A DNA stretch of 64,000 bases from Podarcis vaucheri. Taxonomy: Eukaryota. The stretch is from NCBI GenBank assembly GCA_965113315.1, contig OZ220365.1; one strand, 5' to 3'. Positions 49,321 through 61,513 of the stretch are shown here, one piece after another. The position numbers and the translations under genes were made by a program. The notes under the pieces are model-generated. The model did no database searches and was not told where the DNA came from. It saw nothing but the letters and a program-made list of their open reading frames with translations. Positions within the stretch are counted from its first letter, which is position 1; each line of letters begins with the position of its first letter.

Positions 49321-51357
49321 ATGAATCAGACTCGAAGCAAAGCATGACAGAGATATATGTGCGTATGTGCGTTTATTTGGTTTTTTGCAGTCCATTTCAA
49401 ATATGAGCTTTTTGATTACGGGTTCGTGATGTGTCTGATATGATTTAACTGTAAAAGTACCTCCGCAATATGACTTCAGGGATTTGAGAGACAGCGCAGT
49501 ACAAGCAAACCTGTTTGTCAAAGCAAAAATGCTTGACTTATTAAACAAGATGATTACAGAAGAGTCAAACTGTGACAGGCCTTGTTAGACGGAGCAGATG
49601 GTCTATTTGTCAGCATGAGGGAGAATGGTGCTTGCAACATAAACTCCACACAGCTTCCACCCTGCCTTGCCTTGACACTTGGCAGTAATTTGTTACCAAG
49701 ACCAATGGTAAGGAGAGAAAAATGCACACGATTCACCTTGTCTCCGAATCCATTATTTTAAAACTCATTAAATCTGAAAATATGTGGGGTTTACTGTTGG
49801 AATTGCTGACAACAGAACACTGTATGCCTCACAGTATGTTAATTGCTTTGTTCTCCTTTTCCTCATTGTTGCTGATGAATTCACTGATATCTGGTAATTA
49901 TCGATGCTATAATAATAAGCTTTTCCCCAGTGGATGGATAAAAGCAAAAATTAAAAAAAATTAAAAATGCTTTATATCAAAAAGACCACAAGAGGAAATT
50001 TCATTTCTTTGTTTTCTTGCAACTACATAGGAGTAGGTGAAGAGCTGTTAAGTTATTCCTGGGTGTTTGCGGAGTTATGTGGTGATTAGAATATTGTCTG
50101 ACAACTGGGGGAAAGTCTGTGAGTCCAAAATTATGAGTCAGATTTAGCTGCTGTAGCACAAACTAGTAATTTGTACTGCAGAAACAAAAGTCTCAGAATA
50201 TACCACGAACGGTGTGGAGATAACCTGTTACCACAGTTGAGCCAAAACGTCTCAATTTTTGAACAAATATTTAAAATCTTTTTTAAAAAGAGTTTATCCT
50301 GAACTATTGGAGAATTTCTGTCCTCCTCTAGAGAATACCTTGGTAGCAGCCATCTTCAACACCTCATACAGTGCAATGGCAGTTCTTCCCAGTACATTCT
50401 AGAGGCATTTGCAGCCTCACTTTTCAATGTACAGAAGCAACTGCAATTGTTAGCTGATGGGGGAAAAAATTAAAATAAATGGCAGGCCTTAGAGTATCTC
50501 ATAAAAGTGAATGATTCCCATCTTATTTGTTTTGGTTTTTTCAGGGGAACATTTCTTCTTCTTCTTCTTCTTCTTTTAGCAGCACAGAGAATAGGACAAG
50601 CTTAAATATGCAGAGTGTGATAGCAGCTTTGAATCAGAATTATACTGTGCCTTAGTTCATCCCTAACCTGGACAGTGAGACAGCTTCATATGTTCAACAA
50701 AATCAGAGCTTGGTATTTATCTATTATCAGATTCGGGTGGAAGTTATTTTTTGGAAAATTTACTGGATGGATCTCCAAAACCCTCAGCACAAAGCATACA
50801 AGAGGCTTGGGCTCTGGAATCTTGCCTGGAACCTCTATATCTTTTGCTGGAATTATTTATCCCCAGATAATAGGCAGGCTATTTGGATTTTGAGGAGTGA
50901 TTAATGCTTTCGGATTAGGCAGCTTCGTTTTTTTCTCTCTCCCCGTCCCCGAAGCACATCTTATTAAAACCAAAAGATTTACGGCGGACACGAGTGACTG
51001 CTCTGAGCCAAAGACCACAGGTGAAAAACAAAATTGTCTCTCTTCGTACTGGCATCCAGCGCCTGTTGAAGAGATGGAGCAGAAAGCAGTAAATGATTGG
51101 CACCACTGTGGAGACATGTCCTGAGAGCGATGGGAACTCAGTGTTCTTACCAGTGGGCATTTGGAAAGGAGCGAAGGAATGTTCCGAATGGGGACATGAG
51201 CCCAGGACATCATCCACTTATACTGGCCATGGCTGGACATTCACTTGCACCCTTGCTATGGAAACTGACTCTGTTTCCCCTGTCTTGGCCACTTCCAATG
51301 GGCATCTGTTGAGGAGGGTCCTCACTTTCCTTTCTCAGTCATATAGGAACCAGGCCT

Positions 51358-52405
51358 TGTTAAGTTGTGGGTGAACATATCAGACGACACAGCGATTCTT
51401 CAAACAGCTCTTGTTTATTCACAGGCCAGAACAGAACTGAACAGCAAATAGCTCAGCCGGCCTGCTTTTATAGGCAGCCAGTTGTCAACATTGTAGCAAC
51501 AACAACCCAGGGTTTCCCGCCTAAAGTAAATGATGTGGACCTGAGTGAAAACTATATACATGATACTCCTGGTGGCCAGGGTGAGAACTTCAATACATAA
51601 TACCCCTCCCCACCGAGATAAGGCATTAGTTACAATCATAGTGGTTCCATTATATACAGCAATACCCTTATTGGTTTCAGTAAGGCACATAAGCATATTA
51701 ATTGACCCTATTCACAAACAGCTTTACATGTGCAGTTTGTCCAGTGAACATAGTCTTTTAAATATGGGCTATTGGCCTTGCGCATTTCCTGGGCGGAGAG
51801 TTCAGCAGCTTCTGAGGCCATGGCCTCCTCAATGGCTTTCTGCAGCGTGAGGTCTGGCTTGGCGAGGAGACACCGTTGCAGACAGATGACCCGGACCCCG
51901 CAGATGATTCAATCCATCAGGGCATCGTCTAAGTCTCGGAATTTGCAGTCAGAGGCGGTGGTGTAGTTGTTAACTCCCCCTCTGCCTGGTTCCGGTGGTA
52001 GAACGCATAGTGGGCAACAATCTTGGACGGCTTTGGTGTGTAGTGGTTGTGGAGCTTCTCTTGAATCGTGTCCCACGGTGCTGCCTGGACTGCTTCAGAT
52101 GCAAGCAATGCTCAGGCTGTCTTGAACACCTCAGGCCCACAGAGGCTGAGGAATAGGCCCCGCTTCCGCTCCTTTGATACTTCTGCCAGCTCTTTGGCTT
52201 GGAGGTAGCAGTCGAACCAAGTGAGGTAGGAGTCCCATGATTCAGAGGCTGGCGCAAATGGCGGTAGAGGCACGAGTGAAGCCATGATTCCGATGCCGGC
52301 GTGGAGGGCAATGGATGGAACACTGTGATCTAGCCAGAACGGTCAGCTCTGAATTGGTTCTGCTCCGTGATTTCGCTCAGTGTTTCAGCTCCATGATTCA
52401 GCCCT
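51358..52405 (-). mobile_element. Internally deleted Gypsy (Mag/K02A2.6-like) element: gag remnant, PPT and 3' LTR
   Basis: LTR 51358-51602; PPT GGGGAGGGG at 51603-51611; gag remnant upstream. Confidence 0.85.
51765..52285 (-). pseudogene. gag: Gypsy gag remnant with stops and a frameshift
   Basis: MASLVPLPPFAPASESWDSYLTWFDCYLQA...KRGLFLSLCGPEVFKTA*ALLA...LHNHYTPKPSKIVAHYAFYHRNQAEGE / CKFRDLDDALMD*IICGVR...LQRCLLAKPDLTLQKAIEEAMASE. Confidence 0.88.
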
Positions 52406-52742
52406 ATCTCGGCCACTTCCAATGGGCATCTGCTGAGGGGGGTCCTCACTTTCCTTTCTCAGTCATATAGGAACCAGGGCTAGAAAAGCATACTGAAATA
52501 TACTCAGTCGAGCAGTGATTTCATGCTCTTTATTTCAGCTTATAAGAACAGTGATTGAATTCCCCCCCCATACCTCTGACTTTATATACATTACATTATT
52601 TACACAATGGGTCCCGCATGATTGGTTGATTCTGCTCCCTTCCTGGAGCTTGATTGGGCTGCTCCTGCAGGCCGATCGGATGCAGCATTCTAGTATCCTA
52701 CCTGCCTATTGTACTAGTGACAGGCTGATTCACTTCCTATTG

Positions 52743-53374
52743 TAGGGTTACCAGATGTCCCTGTTTCCCGGGGACAGTCCCTGGATTTGCGAATAAGTTC
52801 CTGGACAAATTCCATCCCCGGAATGTCCCCTGATTTCATCTAATGTCCCTGGGAAATGCAGCAGTGGCAGTCTCAGCAGCCCGGAGCAGTTGGCTCTGGC
52901 TGGCTTCAGGAGCCGCTCTGAAGTCCCCATATGATGGTGGTGCAGGGGCTCGAAGATGCAGCTTCCGGGCTGCCTCCACCTTCCCTGACCCCAACAACTA
53001 AGCTGCGAAGGGAGGCTTCATGCTGCCTATCAGAGCAGCCTCCCAACTCCTACTTGCATGCAAGCAGGAGCGGGGCGAGGATCTCTCAGTTAGGCAATGG
53101 GAAGCCTCCCTTCCCAGCTGAGAGATTCCCACCCCCTCCTGCTTGCACACAAGTAGGGATGGGTTTGGGGCTGCTCTGATGGGAAGGGAGGCATCATGCT
53201 GTCCGAGCCTCACCGCCGCCGCTGCTCTCGGCCCTCCTTCTCCACCTTCCATGCCTGACCCACCACGCACCGCTTCCTTCACCACCTTTGCCGCCGCCAT
53301 TGCTACAGCATCAACGTCCCGAACGTGCAGTATTTATTTATTTAAAGTGTCCCTGGATTCATCTGGTAACCTTA
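52743..53374. mobile_element. hAT (Tip100-like) non-autonomous element
   Basis: TIR TAGGGTTACCAGAT / ATCTGGTAACCTTA; TSD TCCTATTG at 52735-52742 and 53375-53382. Confidence 0.9.
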
Positions 53375-53438
53375 TCCTATTGTGGCCTGATTGGACGGCT
53401 CCTGCAGGCCACTCAGGTTGTTGCCTTCTAGGATCCTA

Positions 53439-53664
53439 CAGTGGTACCTCAGGTTACATACGCTTCAGGTTACAGACTCCGCTAACCCAGAAATAGTACC
53501 TCGGGTTAAGAACTTTGCTTCAGGATGAGAACAGAAATCGTGCTCTGGCAGCGCAGCGGCAGCAGGAGGCCCCATTAGCTAAAGTGGTGCATCAGGTTAA
53601 GAACAGTTTCAGGATAAGAACGGACCTCCGGAACGAATTAAGTACTTAACCTGAGGTACCACCG
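53439..53664. mobile_element. Tigger-like MITE
   Basis: TA-flanked CAGTGGTACCTCAGG TIR. Confidence 0.92.
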
Positions 53665-55720
53665 TACTTGCCTGTTGTTCTAGGACCCAAGCTCAGTACA
53701 TAACACCTACAAATGTCCATTCAAACTCTGGGTTAGGACAGACTTTCTCCTTGTATATTCATCATTTATATTCATCCAAAGAATTAAAGGTGATAGACAT
53801 GGTTCCCCCTTTTATCTTTACGATAACCAGATAAGGTAGGCTAGGGTGGGAAATGGTGACTAACTCAAGGTCACCCCATGAGCTTCATGGTTGAATGGGG
53901 ATTTAAATCTGGCTCTCCCAAGTCCAACCCTCTAGCCACTAAATCACATAGCTTGTCTCTGTTATACCCCCACCCCCACCCCCACCCCCACCCCGCCACC
54001 CATTTTGAGGAACCGAGGATCTGGTTAACCTGCCAGGAATAGTAATAGACGTTGCAAAAGAGATAATGAACTTTAACTGCAGTTGTATAGTAATGCCTTT
54101 TAAAACTGTGAAAAAGAACAATGGCACAAATAAACTCAAAATGTAGCAGGGGAAAGGAGGAATAATAGCTGAAGCAGGCTGGGGGATATGAAGTACAAAG
54201 GGGATGTATTTCACAAAAAATTATAATGATAATTTTGTGTGTCATTTCACCACTAAGAAAGAAAGTAAAGTAAAAGTTTCACTTGCCGTTAATAAGGGTA
54301 CCAAGAGAAAATTAAAAAGAGATGCTCTTGAAAGTATATCCTTTTGTTATATGCTCTGTAATAATAATTGCAAAAATGAAGCAACGCAAACGGGCCACTG
54401 GATAGAGTGTTTAATTTTAACCAGTCTAGCTTCAGCCATGGGCTCAGAATTTATCTTCATAGGAACAGTGGGGGCCAGGAGAAAAACTCTGAAGTGCTGT
54501 TTCATCACATTAGTCTTGGAAAACTATACAGCCCTTTTCACAGCTGGAGCTAATCCCCTGCTGATCTGGGTGGCAAATTTGAAATTGTGAGGAGTGCACC
54601 TTGCACCACCCAAGGAGAGGTGTGCAAGACTATGTGTAATCCTGTTCCATTAGTTTGATGCAAAGGAGTACATATTGCAGGTGTCACCAGTGTGGTGCCA
54701 ATAGACTGTGGTGCTCTTGAGGTGCTCTTTTATGTGAAGATCAAGCAATAAGCACTAGTGATGATCACCTGCATGACAAAAGGAGAGAATCGCAGAGACT
54801 AGTTCCAGGTTCCTTCTCCAACTCCTGAAGAGCTGGTCAGCGCTTTGGCCGATTTGCTAACTAGGGCTATGTGCGTGCTGCTCAGGCAGATTGATCAGCA
54901 GGGAAGAACCACAATGCAGGATTCTTCTGTGCTTATCCATCTAAGATAATGTGTGAAGACCAGCTTCCATGTGCACCATCAGGGGCATAAGTCTTAGAAT
55001 CCTAGGCAACAGCAGGATCAGCCAGCAAATTACGGAACATACCCAGTATCAGCACTCTTAATCAACACAGCATCCTCCCCTCCTCTTTAAACATTTGCTG
55101 CTGTGAAACACAGAGAGAGACTGTGGGGCCCAGAGGCATTCTGGAGGAATGAAAATGGTGAGCACACTTGGACCAATACTTCACTAAGCAATTCCCCTGG
55201 CCACCTGAAACTAGCTGTACATGTTAAAGAAAAATAAAATATGGCCCCCCTTTGTGCCGCAGCTTGCTAAGGTTGTGGTGGCGGGGGCGGGGGATGCATA
55301 CCCCACAAGTGTCCCAAGAAAAACAGGACATCCATTTTTTATTGTGAGAGAATAGCGTGAATTTTAGGGCCATGATCTTGTGTGGCGCCCCCCCAGCGTG
55401 TTTTTAGGCACTGTGTCTGAATAAATTGCTTGGGGGGGGGGACAGCAGCGCAAAATTGCACAAGACCACAGCAACCAAAATGGCCACCGTGCTCTTGCAA
55501 TAAAACCAGGAAGTTGGCGTCCAGGAAGGTGGCATCCCAGATTTGGGTTTCAGAGTGTTGGAGGGTATGGGAATGGAAAATGGTGGCAGGGGGCAGAAAA
55601 CAGTATTGTTGCAGGAGGAGAGAGCAGCTTGGGCATACGGGTGGGTCCCAGAAGGCCCCTTGCTCAAGGCCTGCTTAAAACTGGCAGCACTTCTGCTTGC
55701 GTATTTTAAGAGCTGGATTA

Positions 55721-55722
<2 letters not shown>

Positions 55723-55768
<46 letters not shown>
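55723..55768. repeat. (GT)n microsatellite
   Basis: Visible run. Confidence 0.95.
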
Positions 55769-55770
<2 letters not shown>

Positions 55771-57024
55771 CACATTCTCAACATGGCATCTTCTCTTACT
55801 GCTTTTGATTTGCAGACAACAATAGGAAGGGGAGAAAGCAGAGGGCTTGGATAAGATCAGTGTGGTAGGTTGCCTAGCCCTCTTTCCCACTGAGACTCAG
55901 CTGACCCAAAGTGCAACCTGTAACAGGAGGCATTCATCAGACAAGGCCCCTGCAGGGTGTCATTGCATTATGAACGGCTCCTGGGCAGGCAGCTTGACCT
56001 GAGCGGCTGCACTGCCATATTTAAGGCAATGTGAAATGACATTGTTTTGAGTCAAAGGGCAAGAAACCCAGACCAGTAAACATTCATAATCTATTCATTT
56101 CTTCTCGTTCCCCAATGAGATATGATTTCCCCTTGTTGGTGGCTATCCTTACTAGTTTGCTGATTGGACTTTATAAGCTGTCTAGCGAAAATCTGCAGCC
56201 ACATCTTTAGCTCCTGGATATAGCCAGTGAATGATGCAGCTGGGATGCATTCTGACCTTGAAGCCCATCTTCCTCCAGCTTATGAATTTATGGTTGCTTA
56301 GTGACTCAGTGGTGGCTGGTGCCCATTGGGATTGGTAGAGGGAAAGGAGGGAGATCAGTCATAGGTGGAGCTAGAGCCAGTGGCAGGAGGACTCAGCCCC
56401 TGACTGGTGGTATGTAAGATGAAAGAGAGGTGGGGGCTGGCTGACAGCAAACTGGGGCTGGTGGGGCACTGCCCCATTTGTCCTAATAGACCAGTCAACA
56501 CTGTAGTGATGAGAAAATGTTCTGCTGCATAAGCCCCCCCCCCAAAAAAAACCATCCCCTTTATTAAGAACTTATTGTGTACCAATGTTGATCCTTCACA
56601 TTGAAAAGCTCTGATGAGAGTAAAATGGAAAATATCGTTATTATGGCTCTTGCAGGAGGAAGCAACAAACAGGGTATGTATGTGTTTGAAAATGAGCTTT
56701 GGTCACCCGCAGCTCTGCACATCTATGAGGAATTTTCATTTTCACAACAGGGGCCACCAGTCTTTTGAGGGCAGTGGGCAAATTTGGAATTTGAGAGAGG
56801 GCTGGATAAAAATGGCAGCCATTGCCATGGAGTATGTGGAATACCACAAAATAGCTGCCACAATTAAAAGCGGGGGGTGGGAGGAAGACAATACCGCAAA
56901 ATAGTACAGGCATGTTACAGCCACTAATCAATGGAGAAAAAGGCACCAACACCATCCATCACTATGCCCACTCGCAGTGACCTTTCTGTGGGAGATTTGC
57001 AGCCAAATGTAGCAATGCTTATTA

Positions 57025-57246
57025 CAGTAGTACCTCGGATTAAGAACTTAAGAACTCGTTCTGGAGGTCCATTCTTAACTTGTAGCTGTCCTTAACTGAG
57101 TACCGCTTTAGCTAATGGGGCTTCCCACTGCCGCCGTGCCACCAGAGCATGATTTCTGTTCTCATCCTGAAGCAAAGTTCTTAACCCAAGGTATTATTTC
57201 TGGGTTAGCGGAGTCTATAACCTGAAGTATCTGTAACCCAAGGTAT
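57025..57246. mobile_element. Tigger-like MITE, right end truncated
   Basis: Homologous to 43967-44538 host element. Confidence 0.8.
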
Positions 57247-59439
57247 TGTGAGTTAGCATGTGAATGGGTTAAGCCCACAGAGCGACCCTGCTGATAGGCA
57301 GACTCAGACCATAGAAATGTAATTGGTAGAAAAGGTTCTGTGTGATATCACTGCCCCTCCTTTATTGGGCGGGAAGAACAAAGTATTTATTGTCCCCCCC
57401 CCTTTCTCTTCAAATAGTGATCAGAACACATGTAGAGCCAACTGCTCCAGCATCAGGCACATCCCTGGGACTCTTTAGACGTAAATCTATGTATTTTGCT
57501 TGCATTTATTTTACTGTTGTTGCTTCTAAGAACAAATGCTTGGCTATGAGTAAATAAATCATGCTTTAAACTTACTTCTCAGTCTGTTGTCTGATTCTTT
57601 GTTAAGCGGGGTAAGAAAGGTAGAGCCAGTTTGCTTTGCAGCTGGACTTAATTAAAAGAAGGCCTTAATATGCTTTCTATGTTTCTGCTCAGGATAGGAC
57701 TTTGAACACTGCTTAGCCTTGTGTTTTAAATGAAGTGGTAAGTCTGGAGGAATAAATTGCAATTGATATATCTTCTCCTTCCTGCTAAAACTCACCCACA
57801 CTTTCTCAGTAGGCAAAGTATTCCTATTTCAGAAAGCCTTTTAAATGGAGATCTTTCACCCACCATACCATTTGTGGTATAAAAAGTTACGGGATTTCAG
57901 GGGGAAGTTAGAGGATATGCACTGATTGGAAATGAAGCAGTATGACCACTCCAAAACCTTTGCATGTGCGAACAGCATTGAAGGTGGGATCACGTGTGAC
58001 CACCCCATAGCATCATGGGCACAAATAATCATGATCGTGCAATAAAAAGGACATCTGGAGTGTTCCTCAGTCTCAGCTGAAGCGATGTCATAGGATTGTT
58101 GCTAAGATAAAATGGGGAAACCATGTATGCTGCCCTGGACTCTGCTGCAAGAAAGTGGAATGAATAAACAGTCTGCCTCATAACAATATGCTAGCCCTGA
58201 GTTAGAACAGCAGGAGCATTTCTATAGTCTATTGTTGTGCAAAAGGTTAGATCAGGTGATCAATGTAATCCCTCTGGGCCTTCAAATTACTGTATTTATG
58301 AATCACTGCAGAACAAATGCTCACCTCCCCACCCCCCTCGCCGCCACCCAATTCAAGGTTCAGCTTAACCAAAGGCATGGCTGACCTGTTTATGCACTAT
58401 GTCAGAAGGAGTACTTCTCTAGGTTGATTAACCACGCTAATGCATTGTTATGTCATTGGACAGAAGAGAAAGACGGTGCATTTACAGAGAGTGCTGAGGA
58501 GAGATGTAGGTCAAGGCACTTAAAGTGTTGAAGCTGAAACGGTACTGAGACACAGAAATTATTTAGCAATTCCTGCCAGGGACTGTGTTTAGCTACATAA
58601 ATGGGTGGCACTATTTTTCAGAGGGATCGACTGTAGCAATTCCCCATTATCGTTAAAAGTTCAGGCAATTTGTGTGGCTGCTGCTAAATATAGGCTTCGG
58701 GTGTTTTTTTGTTTCTGGACACCCAACTGAAAGCCACTAATCTGTTCTAATTTTGTTTTTCACAACAGATTTACCTTCATTCCCTAGGCATGGTAATTCA
58801 GTGTGGCTCTAAATCCAGGTTTCTATTCTTCCCACATTCCATCTCTTGTCAGTCCGTCATCCTGACTACCAATCTAGCATAAATGACAAGGAATCCCCTA
58901 TTATCCCAAGGCAGTCATTAAGTGCAGGAGGAGAAGGTTACGAAACCTGACAGCATTTTTGCAGTCTGTGAGAGCTAACAATTCATTCCCATCTCCAGCA
59001 CTGGCACACATTTATTTACTTATTTATTTGAGCTTAGATCAAACGTCTAAACCCTGGAGCTAAGCTTGGGAATTGGTGTGCTATCAAAGCAAATATGAAA
59101 TAATAGTAAATTGAAACATTCCATCCTTCACAATTTTATTAGCCCCTAACAGGAATAGTTTCCTAAATATGTTCAAGCTAGGGCTTTGGCAACCTTCTAG
59201 GGAAAGTAGCTCCATAAATATAAAAGAGGGAGAGAAGAGATAATCTCTTGCCTGATTGTTGAATTTCAACTTGGTATATAGATTATTTTGCTTTATTTTA
59301 AAACATTTCTATGCCTCCTTTCCATTTCATCAGACCACCAAGGCAGCTAACAGGAGGCTATACTTGTGATCTCACCACCAAGTAGGGGCATTAGAGAAAT
59401 TCAGGTCAGTTCACATTTAAAGCCAAATATACCTAACTG

Positions 59440-59778
59440 GGGACGCGGGTGGCGCTGTGGGTTAAACCACAAAACCTAGGACTTGCTGATCAGAAGGTCA
59501 GCGGTTCGAATCCCCGCGTGAGCTCCCGTTGCTCGGTCCCTGCTCCTGCACACCTAGCAGTTCGAAAGAACGTCAAAGTGCAAGTAGATAAATAGGTACC
59601 ACTCCGGCGGGAAGGTAAACAGCATTTCCGTGTGCTGCTCTGGTTCGCCAGAAGCGGCTTAGTCATGCCCCGAAGCTGTATGCTGGCTCCCTCGGCCAAT
59701 AAAGCGAGATGAGCACCGCAACCTCAGAGTCGGTCACTACTGGACTTAATGGTCAGGGGTCCCTTTACCTTTACCTTT
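59440..59778 (+). mobile_element. Sauria SINE
   Basis: gggacgcgggtggcgctgtggg head; (ACCTTT)n tail; TSD ATACCTAA. Confidence 0.92.
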
Positions 59779-60287
59779 ATACCTAATTTGCACTTTGTGA
59801 AACAATACATGAACTGAAACATAGTCGGTCTTCGAAATCCACACTTCTCCACATTTCGCAGTGCGGTTCTCCTGTGGAGTAATGTGTAAAATAATACACA
59901 TACTAAAACAAAATGTGGGTAAAAATGCATATCAATGAAAATAACGTACTAAAATGCATTATGTTAGGGACCATTTATATGCAAAAAAAGTGTATTAGGC
60001 AAAACTGCATACAAAAATGTGAATATTATGAGAAATTCACATTAAAATGCTGGTGAATTTTCACAAGGACTTTAAATAAAAATGTGCAAACTGATGTGGA
60101 AATGTAGAGACCTGAACATTTCATAGTGTTCAAAATGGACAGATACAGCCATCCCTACCACCAGGTGGAATTTGAGCAGCTGTGACAAATAGCAGGGCCT
60201 TCCTTGTAGCAGCACCCTGTCTCTGGAACTACCTCAGCTGACATGGTTTATTGCCTGCTGTGCTATAGTTTCATGTTGTCTGTTGTA

Positions 60288-60770
60288 CTAACCAGTGTTG
60301 AAGCAATGATTTTTCAACATCAACTTCATTGGACTGGTCATGTTGTGTGGATGCCTGATTATCGTCTTCCAAAGCAACGACTCTATTTTGAACTTAAAAA
60401 TGGAAAGCGTAATGCTTGTGGTCAACAAAAGAGGTTTAAAGACTGTCTTAAGGCAAATTTTTAAAAATGTAGTATAAACACCAACAATTGGGAAACACTT
60501 GCCTGTGAGCACTCCAATTGGAGAATAGCCTTTACCAAAGGTGTCATGGGCTTTGAAGACACTGGAGCTCAGGATGCAAGGGAGAAACGTGTTAAGAGGA
60601 AGACACGCTTGGCAAATCCATACTGTGATCAACTCCCGCCCGGAAACCTATGTCCCCACTGCGGGAGGATGTGTGGATCCATAATTGGCCTCACAGTCAC
60701 TTACGGACTCTTTGTTAAAACTGTGTTTATGGAAGACAATATTATTCAGCGAAGAGTGATCGCCAAAGAC
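60288..60770 (+). mobile_element. RTE-clade LINE 3' fragment
   Basis: TSVEAMIFQHQLHWTGHVVWMPDYRLPKQ...ELKNGKRNACGQQKRFKDCLKAN...CPHCGRMCGS. Confidence 0.88.
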
Positions 60771-60774
60771 TGTG

Positions 60775-60931
60775 CAGTGGTACCTCAGGTTAAGCTGCCA
60801 CGCCGCTGCTGCACGAGTTCTGTTCTCATCCTGAAGCAAAGTTCTTAACCCGAGGTACTATTTCTGGGTTAGTGGAGTCTGTAACCTGAAGTGTATGTAA
60901 CCTGAAGCATATGTAACCCAAGGTACCACTG
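60775..60931. mobile_element. Tigger-like MITE, internally deleted
   Basis: Both TIRs present. Confidence 0.85.
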
Positions 60932-60970
60932 TATTAACATTTTACTTTTCTATTATGTGGGTTGTATCTA

Positions 60971-61322
60971 AGGGATGTGGGTGGCGCTGTGGGTTAAATC
61001 ACAGAGCCTAGGACTTGCCGATCAGAAGGTCGGTGGTTCAAATCCCCGCAACAGGGTGAGCTCCCGTTGCTCGGTCCCTGCTCCTGCCAACCTAGCAGTT
61101 CAAAAGCACGTCAAAGTGCAAGTACATAAATAGGTACCACTCCGGCGGGAAGGTAAATGGCGTTTCCGTGCGCTGCTCTGGTTTGCCAGAAGTGGCTTAG
61201 TCATGCTGGCTGCATGACCCGGAAGCTGTACGCCGGCTCCCTCGGCCAATCAAGCGAGATGATCGCCGCAACCCCAGAATCGGCCACGACTGGACCTAAT
61301 GGTCAGGGGTCCCTTTAACTTT
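60971..61322 (+). mobile_element. Sauria SINE
   Basis: Head, core and tail match the other copies. Confidence 0.92.
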
Positions 61323-61441
61323 ATCTAGGGATGAAGAAGGTCCAATGTGGGAGCAGAAGACTCTGAGGTGACAGTGGGGACAGGTATGTTGGGGTGTTTA
61401 ATGCTGAAATTTCACCTTTTGAAAAAATGGTGCAAATTCAA

Positions 61442-61462
61442 AATAATAATAATAATAATAAT

Positions 61463-61512
<50 letters not shown>

Positions 61513-61513
61513 C
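61442..61513. repeat. Compound (AAT)n(AAC)n microsatellite
   Basis: Visible run. Confidence 0.95.

Larger units (their letters stand above)
52490..53705 (-). mobile_element. Second Gypsy-type LTR, split by two DNA transposons
   Basis: Terminal TGTTATGTA on the minus strand, like the 51358-51602 LTR; polyA signal (tttatt on plus) near 52528; CCAAT repeats. Confidence 0.65.

Noticed and set aside
57247-57800. Possible additional solo LTR
   Set aside because: TG start and AATAAA are present, but I could not find a right boundary, TSD or second copy.
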